The notes beneath the pieces are model-generated. The model saw only the letters and a program-made list of their open reading frames with translations. It was not told where the DNA came from and did not search any database. This document shows, one piece after another, positions 10,801 to 19,690 of a stretch of 39,325 bases of DNA. Origin of the DNA: an uncultured Spirochaetales bacterium (lineage in GTDB: Bacteria; UBP6; UBA1177). The stretch lies in NCBI GenBank assembly GCA_902780365.1, contig CACZFE010000003.1, positions 1 to 39,325 of the forward strand, in the 5' to 3' direction. The number at the start of each line of letters is the position of its first letter. Position 1 is the first letter of the stretch. The position numbers and the translations under genes were made by a program.

Positions 10801-11928
10801 AAAGTCGCTGACGGTTCGGAAGTCAAAGAAGGAACTGTTCTTGCCGACTGGGATCCCTACAACGACCCGATCATCGCCGAGACAGACGGTGCGATTGCTT
10901 ACGAAGACCTTGAAAACGGTATCACGATGAGGGAAGAACAGGATCTTAACTCCGGTCTTACCAAAACAGTCGTAATTCCTTCTCGTGACGCGAAGATGTC
11001 TCCTCAGCTCCTTATCACGGAAGAAGGCAAGAAAGGAAGAAAGACCGCGAAAAAACTCGAAAGAGGCGAAGCTGTCTACCATCTTCCGGTCAACGCTTAC
11101 ATCGAAGTCAAAAACGGTGACATCGTAAAACCCGGCGACGTTCTTGCAAAGGTTCCGAGAGCAGCCAGAAAGACGAAGGATATCACCGGCGGTCTTCCGC
11201 GAATCAGTGACCTTTTCGAAGCGAGAAAAACCAAAAATCCGGCGAAAGTCGCAGAAATTTCCGGTATCGTTTCGATTACCAGCGAAGGAAAGAGTGCGAA
11301 GAGCAGCAAACGTGTGATTACCGTAACCCCGATAGAAGGCGGTGAGGCGATGGAACCTGTCCAGATCCCGAAGGAAAAACACATCAACGTCCACGACGGC
11401 GATACGGTCGAAGCAGGCGAAGCTCTTATCGAAGGAACCATCGATCCGCACGACATCCTCCGTATCAGCGGTGAAGTTGCTGTTGCAAAATTCCTTGTTC
11501 AGGAAGTCCAGAGAGTTTACAAACTTCAGGGCGTTCCGATCAACGACAAGCACATCGAGATCATCGTAAAACAGATGCTCAAGAAGAGAAAAATCATTGA
11601 TCCGGGCGACACGATGCTTATGAAGGACGAGCTTGTCGAGAAGGAAAAACTCGAGAAAATAAACCGTATTGCCGAAGAGAAAGGTCTCAAACCGGCGACA
11701 TGGGACGTTGTTCTTCTCGGTATCACCAAAGCTGCTCTCAACACCGAAAGCTTCTTCTCCGCGGCCAGCTTCCAGGAGACGACGAAAGTCCTCACCAACC
11801 AAAATTCCCGGAATGGAAAATGTCGAAACTGCATCCGACGACGACGATGTAACGACAAGAGTTGCAAGAAGCTCGTTCAGGACAAGCAGAAGACTTGCAG
11901 CCGACATGGATATGGAAGGCGCGTTTGA
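7822..11928 (+). CDS. rpoC: DNA-directed RNA polymerase subunit beta' (3' end frame-disrupted, see findings)
   Basis: TTG start 5 nt after AGGAGG. Conserved blocks include the Zn finger [35 protein letters not shown] (catalytic), [13 protein letters not shown] and [13 protein letters not shown]. After codon T (11794-11796) the frame-0 continuation is non-homologous ([18 protein letters not shown]...) up to TGA at 11928. Confidence 0.93.
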   Translation: [1368 protein letters not shown]

Positions 11929-12016
11929 CTTCAGCAACATCTCGAACGGCATGGAAGGCGACGAAGAAGGTTTCAGTGAGACCGACGACATTCCTTCCGG
12001 CAAAGACGAAGAATAA
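11804..12016 (+). other. rpoC: displaced C-terminal segment of rpoC in the +1 frame
   Basis: The +1 frame reads IPGMENVETASDDDDV...acidic tail...IPSGKDEE then TAA (12014-12016). IPG resembles the conserved beta' (L)IPAGTG motif. This stop, not the frame-0 stop, lies 25 nt upstream of the strong terminator at 12041. Confidence 0.6.
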
Positions 12017-12040
12017 TTCCCATCCTAATTGTTGTTGTGT

Positions 12041-12072
12041 AACCCCGCTTCGGCGGGGTTTTTTTTATTTTT
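12041..12072 (+). terminator. rho-independent terminator of the rpoBC operon
   Basis: AACCCCGC-TTCG-GCGGGGTT is a perfect 8-bp GC-rich stem with a tetraloop, followed by TTTTTTATTTTT. Confidence 0.8.
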
Positions 12073-12155
12073 CGGCTTTACTTTCGGGCAAAAAAATGTC
12101 GAATTTCGCACAAAAAATGATATAGTGGCGCGTTTTTGAGTTTCGGTTGAGGAAA

Positions 12156-12707
12156 ATGAGCGAACTTATTGAGCCTGTAAAAGCCAATCTCACGATTTCG
12201 GTGATGTTCAGAGACACCGCGCTTCTTGAGGAAACAAGAAAAATCCTCGAAAAAAAATACGGCGAAACCGACGCTGTTTCCAAGGTTTACGATTTTTCTT
12301 CGATTTCGCCTTACTACGATCCCGAAATGGGCAGCGACATAAAAAAGATTGTTTTCAGCTTCAAAAAACCTGTAGCGAGAGATTCTCTCAAGGATGTGAA
12401 ACTTTTCTGCGTACAGTTTGAAAAAGAGCATTCCGTAGGCGGAAACAGGCTCGTAAACCTTGATCCGGGCCTTGTCACGCTTGAGAATTTCATTTTGGCA
12501 ACGGGAAAAAACTACAGCCATAGAATTTATCTGGGAAGCGGTGTTTTCGCTGAAGTGACGCTTATGTTCGGCAAAAAAAATGTTGTAAAAGAGCTTCCTT
12601 GGAGTTATCGGGATTATCTTTACGAACCTGCGCGTTCCTTTCTGCTCGAAGTCCGCGAGCTGTATCGTGCGAAAAGGGCCGCGCTTTTAAAAAATATGGA
12701 GAATTGA
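12156..12707 (+). CDS. DUF4416-like protein (function unknown)
   Basis: My recollection of the DUF4416 pattern: ...NLDPGLVTLENFILATGKNYSHRIYLGSGVFAEVTLMF.... The start is ambiguous between TTG 12147 and ATG 12156. The assignment was not checked against an HMM. Confidence 0.55.
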   Translation: MSELIEPVKANLTISVMFRDTALLEETRKILEKKYGETDAVSKVYDFSSISPYYDPEMGSDIKKIVFSFKKPVARDSLKDVKLFCVQFEKEHSVGGNRLVNLDPGLVTLENFILATGKNYSHRIYLGSGVFAEVTLMFGKKNVVKELPWSYRDYLYEPARSFLLEVRELYRAKRAALLKNMEN

Positions 12708-12708
12708 A

Positions 12709-13269
12709 TTGAATCTCATCGTTTTTCCGCTTAAACATGAAAACCCTTTTCCGAACAAGGTTTCAACGGGGTCAGTTGTGAAAATCCACGACAATCTGAT
12801 GCTCCTTTGCTCGGGAATGGGAAGTGCCGGAGTTCTCACTCTGGGCAGAGTTCTCGCCGAATATCCTGAAATAAAGACGGTTTGCGAGTGCGGTACTGCG
12901 GCTTCAGTTGCGAAAGGTATCGTCGGAAACATTTACGAATGCACGACTTTCTGCGATTTCAACGGCGGGATAATCGCTTCGTCGCAGAGCTTTACCGACC
13001 TTCCGACTGCAGCAGTGACAGGCGACGACAGGCTTTACACCGGCGGAGAATACGATTGGGCAGACCTTCTTGAAATGCCGCTTCTCTACACGATGGAGAC
13101 TTTGCGGTTTCGCAATATATCGCTTGAATTCAAGAAACATTTCTTCTCGATCCGTCTTGTTTCCGACCGGGGGCAGGGCGATATCAGGGAACAGGTGACG
13201 CAGGAACTTTCCAAAGCAAAAAAACAGATGCGGGAAATATTTTCCGTTTTTGAAAATCTTTCTGTCTGA
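12709..13269 (+). CDS. nucleoside phosphorylase / MTA-SAH nucleosidase superfamily-like protein
   Basis: TTG start 1 nt after the preceding stop. N-terminal beta strand MNLIVFPLKHE, glycine-rich CSGMGSAG and CGTAAS segments, and a later ME pair resemble the PNP_UDP_1 fold. The assignment is weak. Confidence 0.4.
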   Translation: MNLIVFPLKHENPFPNKVSTGSVVKIHDNLMLLCSGMGSAGVLTLGRVLAEYPEIKTVCECGTAASVAKGIVGNIYECTTFCDFNGGIIASSQSFTDLPTAAVTGDDRLYTGGEYDWADLLEMPLLYTMETLRFRNISLEFKKHFFSIRLVSDRGQGDIREQVTQELSKAKKQMREIFSVFENLSV

Positions 13270-13277
13270 GGCGTTTC

Positions 13278-16200
13278 ATGCCTGAAAATTTCGCTTTTAA
13301 ACTCTACAAAAGCAACAAACTGGAGAAATTTCTTCCAAAGGTTTATCCGATAATCGAAAGGCTTGCGAAAAGCGATCCTCTGAAGAAGAAAAGCATCGTT
13401 GTCCAGAGTGACGGAATGGCTCGCTGGCTGACAATAAATGCAGCCCGTCATGAAGGGGTTTTTGCAAATTTCGATTTTGTGTCGCCTGACGGATTTTTAA
13501 GAAATTTCGCCGAAAAATATTTCGGCATAAAATCAGGTGCTGTCTACAACAAAAGAAACGCCGAATGGGCGCTCTATACGCTTTTTAGAAGTGAAAAAGA
13601 AGGAACTGCCGCTTCGTATATCAGGAATAACGATTCGCGTGCTTTCAGGCTTTCCCGCACTCTTGCAGATCTTTTCGAGCAGTATTTTGTCTACCGTCCC
13701 AACATGATGGCTTCGTGGCAGGAAGGCAGACCGCTGACGGATGATCCGGATGAATTGTGGCAGTTCAGCATATTCCGTAAGCTTGCAGAGACGAAAAATA
13801 TCGGGACTTCGGGCTTCGCGCAGCTTTTTAACGAAAAATGCAAAGATGCACCGGAAAATGCTGGCTATCCTAAGGAATTGATTTTATTCGGCATTTCGAT
13901 AATGAACAGGTACCAGCTCAATATGTTTCTCAACCTTTCCCGCCTGTTTCCTGTTCATCTTTTCGCAATGACTCCGAGCAGTGAATATCTTGATTCAGCC
14001 TCAAAGAAAAAGGGAGAATTCGAGGATGTGCCGGAAGATCAGGGCTTTTCCGCCGGTTATATTGATACTTTTTTCAGGAGATTTTGTGCTGCTTCCCTTG
14101 ATTTCGCCGATTTTGCGGCCGAAAACCTTCCTGACGAAACCGATCTTTTTGAAATTCCTGACGGAAAAACGCTTCTTTCGTCGATTCAGCGCGATATTTT
14201 GGAAGATTCGGAAACTCCAGAACAAGTACAAAACGACGATTCTGTCAGGATCATCTCCTGCCGCGACAAAATGCGCGAGATAGAGGTCGTGAAGGACACT
14301 CTTCTTGAGTTTTTCAACAAAGATAAAACGCTTAAACCGGAAGATATTGCAGTGATGGCGCCGAAAATAAATGACTATGTTCCTTATATCACGGCTGTTT
14401 TCGGCGGAACAGATCCTCTGGACAAGGATAAAACTTTTATTCCGTGGGTGATTTCCGACAGGGCTTTTTCAAGTGAAAGCAGTATCGCTGCGGCTTTTCT
14501 GGATATATTGAGACTTGTAAGATCCGATTTTGAAAAATCGAAAGTTTTCTCGGTTTTCAGGTATCCTTTTGTCTGCGGAAAATTCAATATCGACGAGAAA
14601 ACTGTCGGAGAAATCGAAAAACTTGTCGGCAAAAGCGGCGTGAGATGGGGACTTGATGCTGCTTCAAGAGGCGGATCCGCCCAGAATACCTGGGATTTCG
14701 GTCTTTCAAGGATAATGATGAGTTCTTTTATGCCGTCTTCGGAAGATGCGGAGTGCTTTGAAGGTATTCTGCCGATGGAATATCTTTCAAAAGAGGATTC
14801 GGACAATATTTCAGTTTTTATCACCTTTGTAAAAAGACTTTCCCGTTGCTCAAAAGAGCTGACTGCCCTGAAAACAACTTCCGATTTCAAGAATCAGCTT
14901 GAAGAAATGCTTGATTTCTTCTTTGTATGTGACAGAAACGACAAAAACAGATGTGAAGAAATGCGCCGCATCAGAAACGTGATCGACGATTTTGCCGAAA
15001 CTGCCGGAAGATACGCGGAGACACTCTCTTTTGACGCGCTTCTGCAATATCTTGAGGATGAACTTGGCCGAGATCATCCGGGGAGAGGTTTTTTGTCGGC
15101 AAATGTAAATTTCTGCTCACTCAAGCCTTTGCGCGCCCTGCCGTTCAAAGTGATTTACATGGTCGGAATGGGGGACGGTGAGTTTCCGAGGAACGAAAAC
15201 CGCTATGCGTTCGACCTGACACAGAAAGAGCGGATGAAAGAAAAAGGGGCTCCGCAGCCGCGTTCCGTCAGGGACAACGACAAGTATCTCTTTGCAGAGG
15301 CGCTTGTTTCGGCGCGTGAAAAGCTGATCGTAAGCTACGAAGCAAAGGATTTTTCCGAAGATTCCAAAAAACACCGCTGTGCCGCTCTTCCGGTGCAGAT
15401 CCTGGAAAAGTATATCGGGAAAAAAACCGGCGTGAAAGCAGAGGATCTTGAGACAAAATATCCTGTCCATCCCTATTCGGAGGAATATTTTAAAGAGGGG
15501 AGCACGTTCAGGACTTTCTCGATGAGGGATTTCAAAACCGCGCAGGCAATTTCAATGTTTCACGTGGAACAAAATGCGCAAAACCCTTGTGTGACGCAGG
15601 TTTCGGAACCAAAAGAGCTTTCTTGCGGGAACACAGTAAACGAGATCGTCGAGCTCAATGATCTGGCGGCATTTTTTAAGGATCCGATAAAAATATACTT
15701 CAAAAAAATTCTGAAAATTGTTTTGCCTAATGATGCCGAAGATACTGGGGACGAGGAACTTTTCGCCTATCCGTCGGGCCTGCCTTCATACAAAATCCGT
15801 GATGCATACCTTAAGGCAGCGCAGACAATGCCGGAAAAGTTCACGGGTGATCCTGATCAATTCGATAAGGATTTCATCAGGCGCATGAAGGAAGAAGGGA
15901 ATATTCCTTTCGGAGTTTTTGGCGAAGAGACGCTGGAAGATCTGCTCAAAGCGCGTCTGAAAATAAACGGCAGAGATTCCGGTTTTGACATGCATTCTCT
16001 TGCCGGCAATATCGCAGGAAGGGATCTTGTATCCGAGCCTGTTTCGATCAATTTCGGGGAAGTGCTGGTGGAAGGGATGATAAAAAATATAGAACGGGAT
16101 CCTGCAGGCCGGGACCGCATGATCCTTGTTTATCCGACAAAATTTGAAGACAAGTACAAGATGGAAGTCCTGATCCGTCATCTCGCGGCCAATGCAGGCG

Positions 16201-16631
16201 GCGTTAAGGCCGGCACAAACTTTTTCTGCCGTGCAAGGCAGTTTAATCTGGAATATATAACCGAGGCGGAGGCTAAATATGCTCTTTCCGTCTTTATCAG
16301 ACTCTGGCAGTATTCAAAAAGCAGAATCCCTCTTTTTGATCCTGAACTTATAGGCAGAATAGGGAAACTTGTAAAAGATGCCGGCGGAAACGGGCCTGAA
16401 GAAGAGGACGTCAGAAATGTGGTAACCGGTTTCTTTGAAGAAAAGTGGAAGAAAAAAAATGATGAATATTCTTATCTCACCCTGGAGCTTGTCACAGCGG
16501 CGGAGCAGTTTCTGAAACCTGGACTGACGGCGCGTTTTCTTGATGAATTTCCTTTTGCGGATGTGCTTGAAGCAGCAGAGATTTTTGAAAAATTCTATCC
16601 ACATAAAAAAAGCGGACAAAGTAAAAAATGA
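13278..16631 (+). CDS. recC: exodeoxyribonuclease V gamma subunit (RecC)
   Basis: 1117 aa, colinear with my recollection of E. coli RecC. Matching segments are SIVVQSDGMARWL...ANFDFVSP, ADLFEQYFVYRPNMMASWQ, LLSSIQRDILE, IAVMAPKINDYVPYITAVFG, WVISDR, SGVRWGLD, QNTWDFGLSRIM, NVNFCSLKPLRALPFKVIYMVGMGDGEFPR and RDNDKYLFAEALVSAREKLIVSY. Confidence 0.88.
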   Translation: MPENFAFKLYKSNKLEKFLPKVYPIIERLAKSDPLKKKSIVVQSDGMARWLTINAARHEGVFANFDFVSPDGFLRNFAEKYFGIKSGAVYNKRNAEWALYTLFRSEKEGTAASYIRNNDSRAFRLSRTLADLFEQYFVYRPNMMASWQEGRPLTDDPDELWQFSIFRKLAETKNIGTSGFAQLFNEKCKDAPENAGYPKELILFGISIMNRYQLNMFLNLSRLFPVHLFAMTPSSEYLDSASKKKGEFEDVPEDQGFSAGYIDTFFRRFCAASLDFADFAAENLPDETDLFEIPDGKTLLSSIQRDILEDSETPEQVQNDDSVRIISCRDKMREIEVVKDTLLEFFNKDKTLKPEDIAVMAPKINDYVPYITAVFGGTDPLDKDKTFIPWVISDRAFSSESSIAAAFLDILRLVRSDFEKSKVFSVFRYPFVCGKFNIDEKTVGEIEKLVGKSGVRWGLDAASRGGSAQNTWDFGLSRIMMSSFMPSSEDAECFEGILPMEYLSKEDSDNISVFITFVKRLSRCSKELTALKTTSDFKNQLEEMLDFFFVCDRNDKNRCEEMRRIRNVIDDFAETAGRYAETLSFDALLQYLEDELGRDHPGRGFLSANVNFCSLKPLRALPFKVIYMVGMGDGEFPRNENRYAFDLTQKERMKEKGAPQPRSVRDNDKYLFAEALVSAREKLIVSYEAKDFSEDSKKHRCAALPVQILEKYIGKKTGVKAEDLETKYPVHPYSEEYFKEGSTFRTFSMRDFKTAQAISMFHVEQNAQNPCVTQVSEPKELSCGNTVNEIVELNDLAAFFKDPIKIYFKKILKIVLPNDAEDTGDEELFAYPSGLPSYKIRDAYLKAAQTMPEKFTGDPDQFDKDFIRRMKEEGNIPFGVFGEETLEDLLKARLKINGRDSGFDMHSLAGNIAGRDLVSEPVSINFGEVLVEGMIKNIERDPAGRDRMILVYPTKFEDKYKMEVLIRHLAANAGGVKAGTNFFCRARQFNLEYITEAEAKYALSVFIRLWQYSKSRIPLFDPELIGRIGKLVKDAGGNGPEEEDVRNVVTGFFEEKWKKKNDEYSYLTLELVTAAEQFLKPGLTARFLDEFPFADVLEAAEIFEKFYPHKKSGQSKK

Positions 16632-19600
16632 GCAGCAAAACAGTTGAATTCCTGGTGGAAAGCGGTGAAATTGCCAAAGAAAATCTGAAAACAGTGACAG
16701 ATGAGATGCCGGGACGGTATGAAACCGTCGAAGAGCTTGCACGCGGCGGTTCGGGCAGGATACTTGTCGTTTTCGACAGGCATGTCGGCAGAAAAATCGC
16801 AATGAAGGAACTTCTTTCAGACCTCAACAAAACTTCGGCAAAATCTGATGATCCGCAGGAAACTGCGATAAGGAACCGCTTTCTGCGTGAGGCAAGAGTT
16901 ACAGGCGGACTGGAGCATCCGGCAATCGTTCCGGTTTACGAGATAGGCTGTCATGCCGACGGTTCTTTTTACTACACGATGCGCCTTGTCAAAGGAAAGA
17001 CCTTGCTCAGCGCGATAAAAAAATGCCACAGTGTGTTCGACAGGCTTGCCCTGCTTCCCCATTTCTACCACGTATGCAACGCTGTTGCATATGCCCACAG
17101 CAAAGGGGTCATAAACCGCGATCTCAAGCCTTCCAACGTTATGATAGGTGAATTCGGAGAAACGGTTGTACTTGACTGGGGCCTTGCTAAGATCAAAGAT
17201 TCCGAAGAGACGATTTTTGTGCGTCACGGAAGTGAAGAGGTCGGCAAAACGGTTATCGGCCAGGCAATAGGAACTCCTTCATATATGCCGCCGGAGCAGG
17301 CTGAGGGCAAGATCGGCGAAATAGACGAGATCTCAGACATCTATTCGCTCGGGGCGATGCTTTACCAGATCCTGACCGGCAGAACGCCATTTTCAGGCAG
17401 AACAGTCGATGAAATAATAAAAAAAGTGCTGACAGAAAAGGTGGAGAATGCTGCGAAAGTGGACAGTGATGTTCCGCCGGAACTTGCCGCGATCGCTGAA
17501 AAAGCACTTTCGAAGGATAAAAACGAGCGCTACGGCTCAGTCTCTGATTTTATCGATGATCTGTCGGCATACATGTCCGGAAGGAAAGTCGGGGTTTACC
17601 ACTATTCGCTTTTCGAGAGCATTAAATTCGCGGCATCAAGGCACAAAGCGGCTTTTATCTCCTCTCTGATTGTATTTTCGATAGTTTTGTTCGCCGCTTT
17701 CCAGATTACGCTGGCTCTCAACAGGGCAACTATCGCAAAACATGAAGCAGAGCACGGAAAAGTGACGGCAAACTACCGGACTGCCCAGGCTTTCAGCGAA
17801 AAATCAGACAGGCTTGACAGTGAGAAAAGTTATATAGCATCCAGGATCTATGCGGCTGCCGCGATGTATTACAACCCTTTAAACAAAAAGAGTCCTGAGT
17901 ACAGCGCCGACTTTGCAGCATCCTCAGGCGATTCGGAAGAGATTCTTTCAAAGGCGGCTTCAAAGTTCTACATAAGAAATTTCCACCGCGGAGCTGTCTT
18001 CGAGCGCGATGTCCGGACAGGGTGCAGAATCACTGCCGCTGTGCTTTCTCATGATGAGAACACTGTGGCTGCAGGATGCGAGAACGGCAGCGTTGTCATT
18101 TACAGTTTCCCTGAACTCTCGGAAATATATAAATTCGATTTGGAAAGCTCTGTTATGGGGATAGATTTTTCGGACGACGATAAAACTCTTTTTGTTTCAA
18201 CTGCCGGCGATGAAGATTTTATCGTCAATATTCAGGCTAAAACAGCTGAAACCTCTTTGGGAAGGACGTTTGACGGCAACAGGTCTGATTTTGACGGTAT
18301 CGCTGAAAAGTGGTATCAGAAAGAAAACGATAAAATCGTCTCGCTCTCTGTTTCTCCTGACGGAAAAATAATTCTTGCAGGAACCGAAAGCGGGAAAATA
18401 GCGGTTTTCTCAAAAGAGACAAAAGAGTTGCTGAATATCCTTTCGTTCAGAAGTTCGGCGATTTCGAATATAAATTTCCAGAAAGACGGAAATTACTTCG
18501 TGACCGCATCAAAAGAGATGAAGATCGTTGTCTGGGATGCAGCGGCGTTTGCTCCGCTTTTTGTTATAGACGGGCATGATTCAGCAATCCGCACTGTTTT
18601 CTTTGCAGGAACTGACCGCATTGTTTCGGCCGGAGAGAAAGGGCTTCTTCGTATTTGGAAAAGACACGGCAAAAAAGGAATAAAATCTTTCGATATAACT
18701 TCTTATGATATCGTGAAAGCCGCATTTATAAATGGTTTCGATGCAATTTTTGTGGTCGGCGGGAACAAAATTTCGATTGTATCAAAAAATGGAGAGATTT
18801 TGTTCGAGCACGAAGAGGATTTCAGGATTTCGGATGCCGATATTTCTGATGGCGGCCGTTATGTCGCCGTGGCGGAAGAAAGCGGCCGGGCAATAATTTA
18901 TGACAGGGAGAACGGAGGGGTTAAGGATTTTGAAGTCGGTTGCGCGATAGATTCGGTGCGCATTTCTCCGGATAAAAAATACATCGCGCTTGTCTGCGGA
19001 GAGGAAGCCCGCCTTATTTCCCTGGAAACTTCCGATATCAAAACATTCCAGTGCCTTCACAGTTCCAGATCTGGAGCTGCTTTCTCTCGTGACGGCTTGA
19101 AATTTGCCACGATATGCGGAGGAGCGGTAACTCTTCTTTCCGTCCCCGGTTTTTCGCTTTCAGGCGAGGTCAGGATCGAGGGAAGGGAGGCCGTCGGCCT
19201 TGAGTTTATGCCGGATTCGACCATTCTGGCAGGTTTCAGCAAAGGAATACTCAGCCATATCGACACTTTGGATAACTCAATTATGGATTTCAGCGGCAGA
19301 TTCGATCTGAAACATAGCATGGCAGTCTCTTCCGATGGAACTTTTGCGGCAACTCTTGCTCTGCATAACGGTGTCAGGATCTGGAATGTAAAGGAGCACA
19401 AGCTTCTACTTGCAATTTCCACTGAAAAGGATCCAGGGTGCCTGCTTTTTGCTCCTGACAAAAATGCTGTCGGCGTCTGCATCGGAGGTACTGTCAGATT
19501 TTATCCGCTTGACGCTCCGGAACTGGAACTGGCTCCGGCGGAACTGCTGCACAAAATGGAACTTGAAGCGGGAATGGAGCTCAAGGACTTCTATCTCGAG

Positions 19601-19636
19601 ACGCTCACGAGCGAAGACATCTCGCAGAGGAAGTGA
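16628..19636 (+). CDS. membrane-anchored Ser/Thr protein kinase with C-terminal WD40-like beta-propeller repeats
   Basis: Hanks kinase motifs are present: ARGGSGRI, IAMKEL, INRDLKPSN, DWGLAK, GTPSYMPPEQ, DIYSLGAMLYQILTGRTPF. One TM segment (AAFISSLIVFSIVLFAAFQITLAL) lies at about nt 17648-17719. About 630 aa follow with repeated G-x-V/I-x-I/V-W/Y/F units (GSVVIYSF, GKIAVFSK, KIVVWDA, LLRIWKR, GVRIWNV). Confidence 0.85.
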   Translation: MSSKTVEFLVESGEIAKENLKTVTDEMPGRYETVEELARGGSGRILVVFDRHVGRKIAMKELLSDLNKTSAKSDDPQETAIRNRFLREARVTGGLEHPAIVPVYEIGCHADGSFYYTMRLVKGKTLLSAIKKCHSVFDRLALLPHFYHVCNAVAYAHSKGVINRDLKPSNVMIGEFGETVVLDWGLAKIKDSEETIFVRHGSEEVGKTVIGQAIGTPSYMPPEQAEGKIGEIDEISDIYSLGAMLYQILTGRTPFSGRTVDEIIKKVLTEKVENAAKVDSDVPPELAAIAEKALSKDKNERYGSVSDFIDDLSAYMSGRKVGVYHYSLFESIKFAASRHKAAFISSLIVFSIVLFAAFQITLALNRATIAKHEAEHGKVTANYRTAQAFSEKSDRLDSEKSYIASRIYAAAAMYYNPLNKKSPEYSADFAASSGDSEEILSKAASKFYIRNFHRGAVFERDVRTGCRITAAVLSHDENTVAAGCENGSVVIYSFPELSEIYKFDLESSVMGIDFSDDDKTLFVSTAGDEDFIVNIQAKTAETSLGRTFDGNRSDFDGIAEKWYQKENDKIVSLSVSPDGKIILAGTESGKIAVFSKETKELLNILSFRSSAISNINFQKDGNYFVTASKEMKIVVWDAAAFAPLFVIDGHDSAIRTVFFAGTDRIVSAGEKGLLRIWKRHGKKGIKSFDITSYDIVKAAFINGFDAIFVVGGNKISIVSKNGEILFEHEEDFRISDADISDGGRYVAVAEESGRAIIYDRENGGVKDFEVGCAIDSVRISPDKKYIALVCGEEARLISLETSDIKTFQCLHSSRSGAAFSRDGLKFATICGGAVTLLSVPGFSLSGEVRIEGREAVGLEFMPDSTILAGFSKGILSHIDTLDNSIMDFSGRFDLKHSMAVSSDGTFAATLALHNGVRIWNVKEHKLLLAISTEKDPGCLLFAPDKNAVGVCIGGTVRFYPLDAPELELAPAELLHKMELEAGMELKDFYLETLTSEDISQRK

Positions 19637-19690
19637 CTTTTAGGAAAAATATGCTATAAAGCGGTGTTTTTTGTCATTTGAGAGGATAAA

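Noticed and set aside
11797-11810. Programmed +1 ribosomal frameshift in rpoC
   Set aside because: A frameshift alone would not restore the roughly 20-25 conserved residues missing between VLT and IPG. I see no slippery or stimulatory motif either. A deletion or misassembly is the simpler explanation.
10633-12003. 456-aa ORF on the - strand, together with similar long antisense ORFs at 7744-8766, 6211-7128, 4849-5754, 3715-4263 and 1785-2795
   Set aside because: All lie fully antisense to highly conserved rpoB, rpoC or ribosomal protein genes. Their translations are low-complexity (S/F/R/V-rich) with no motifs. They are typical shadow ORFs of codon-biased genes.
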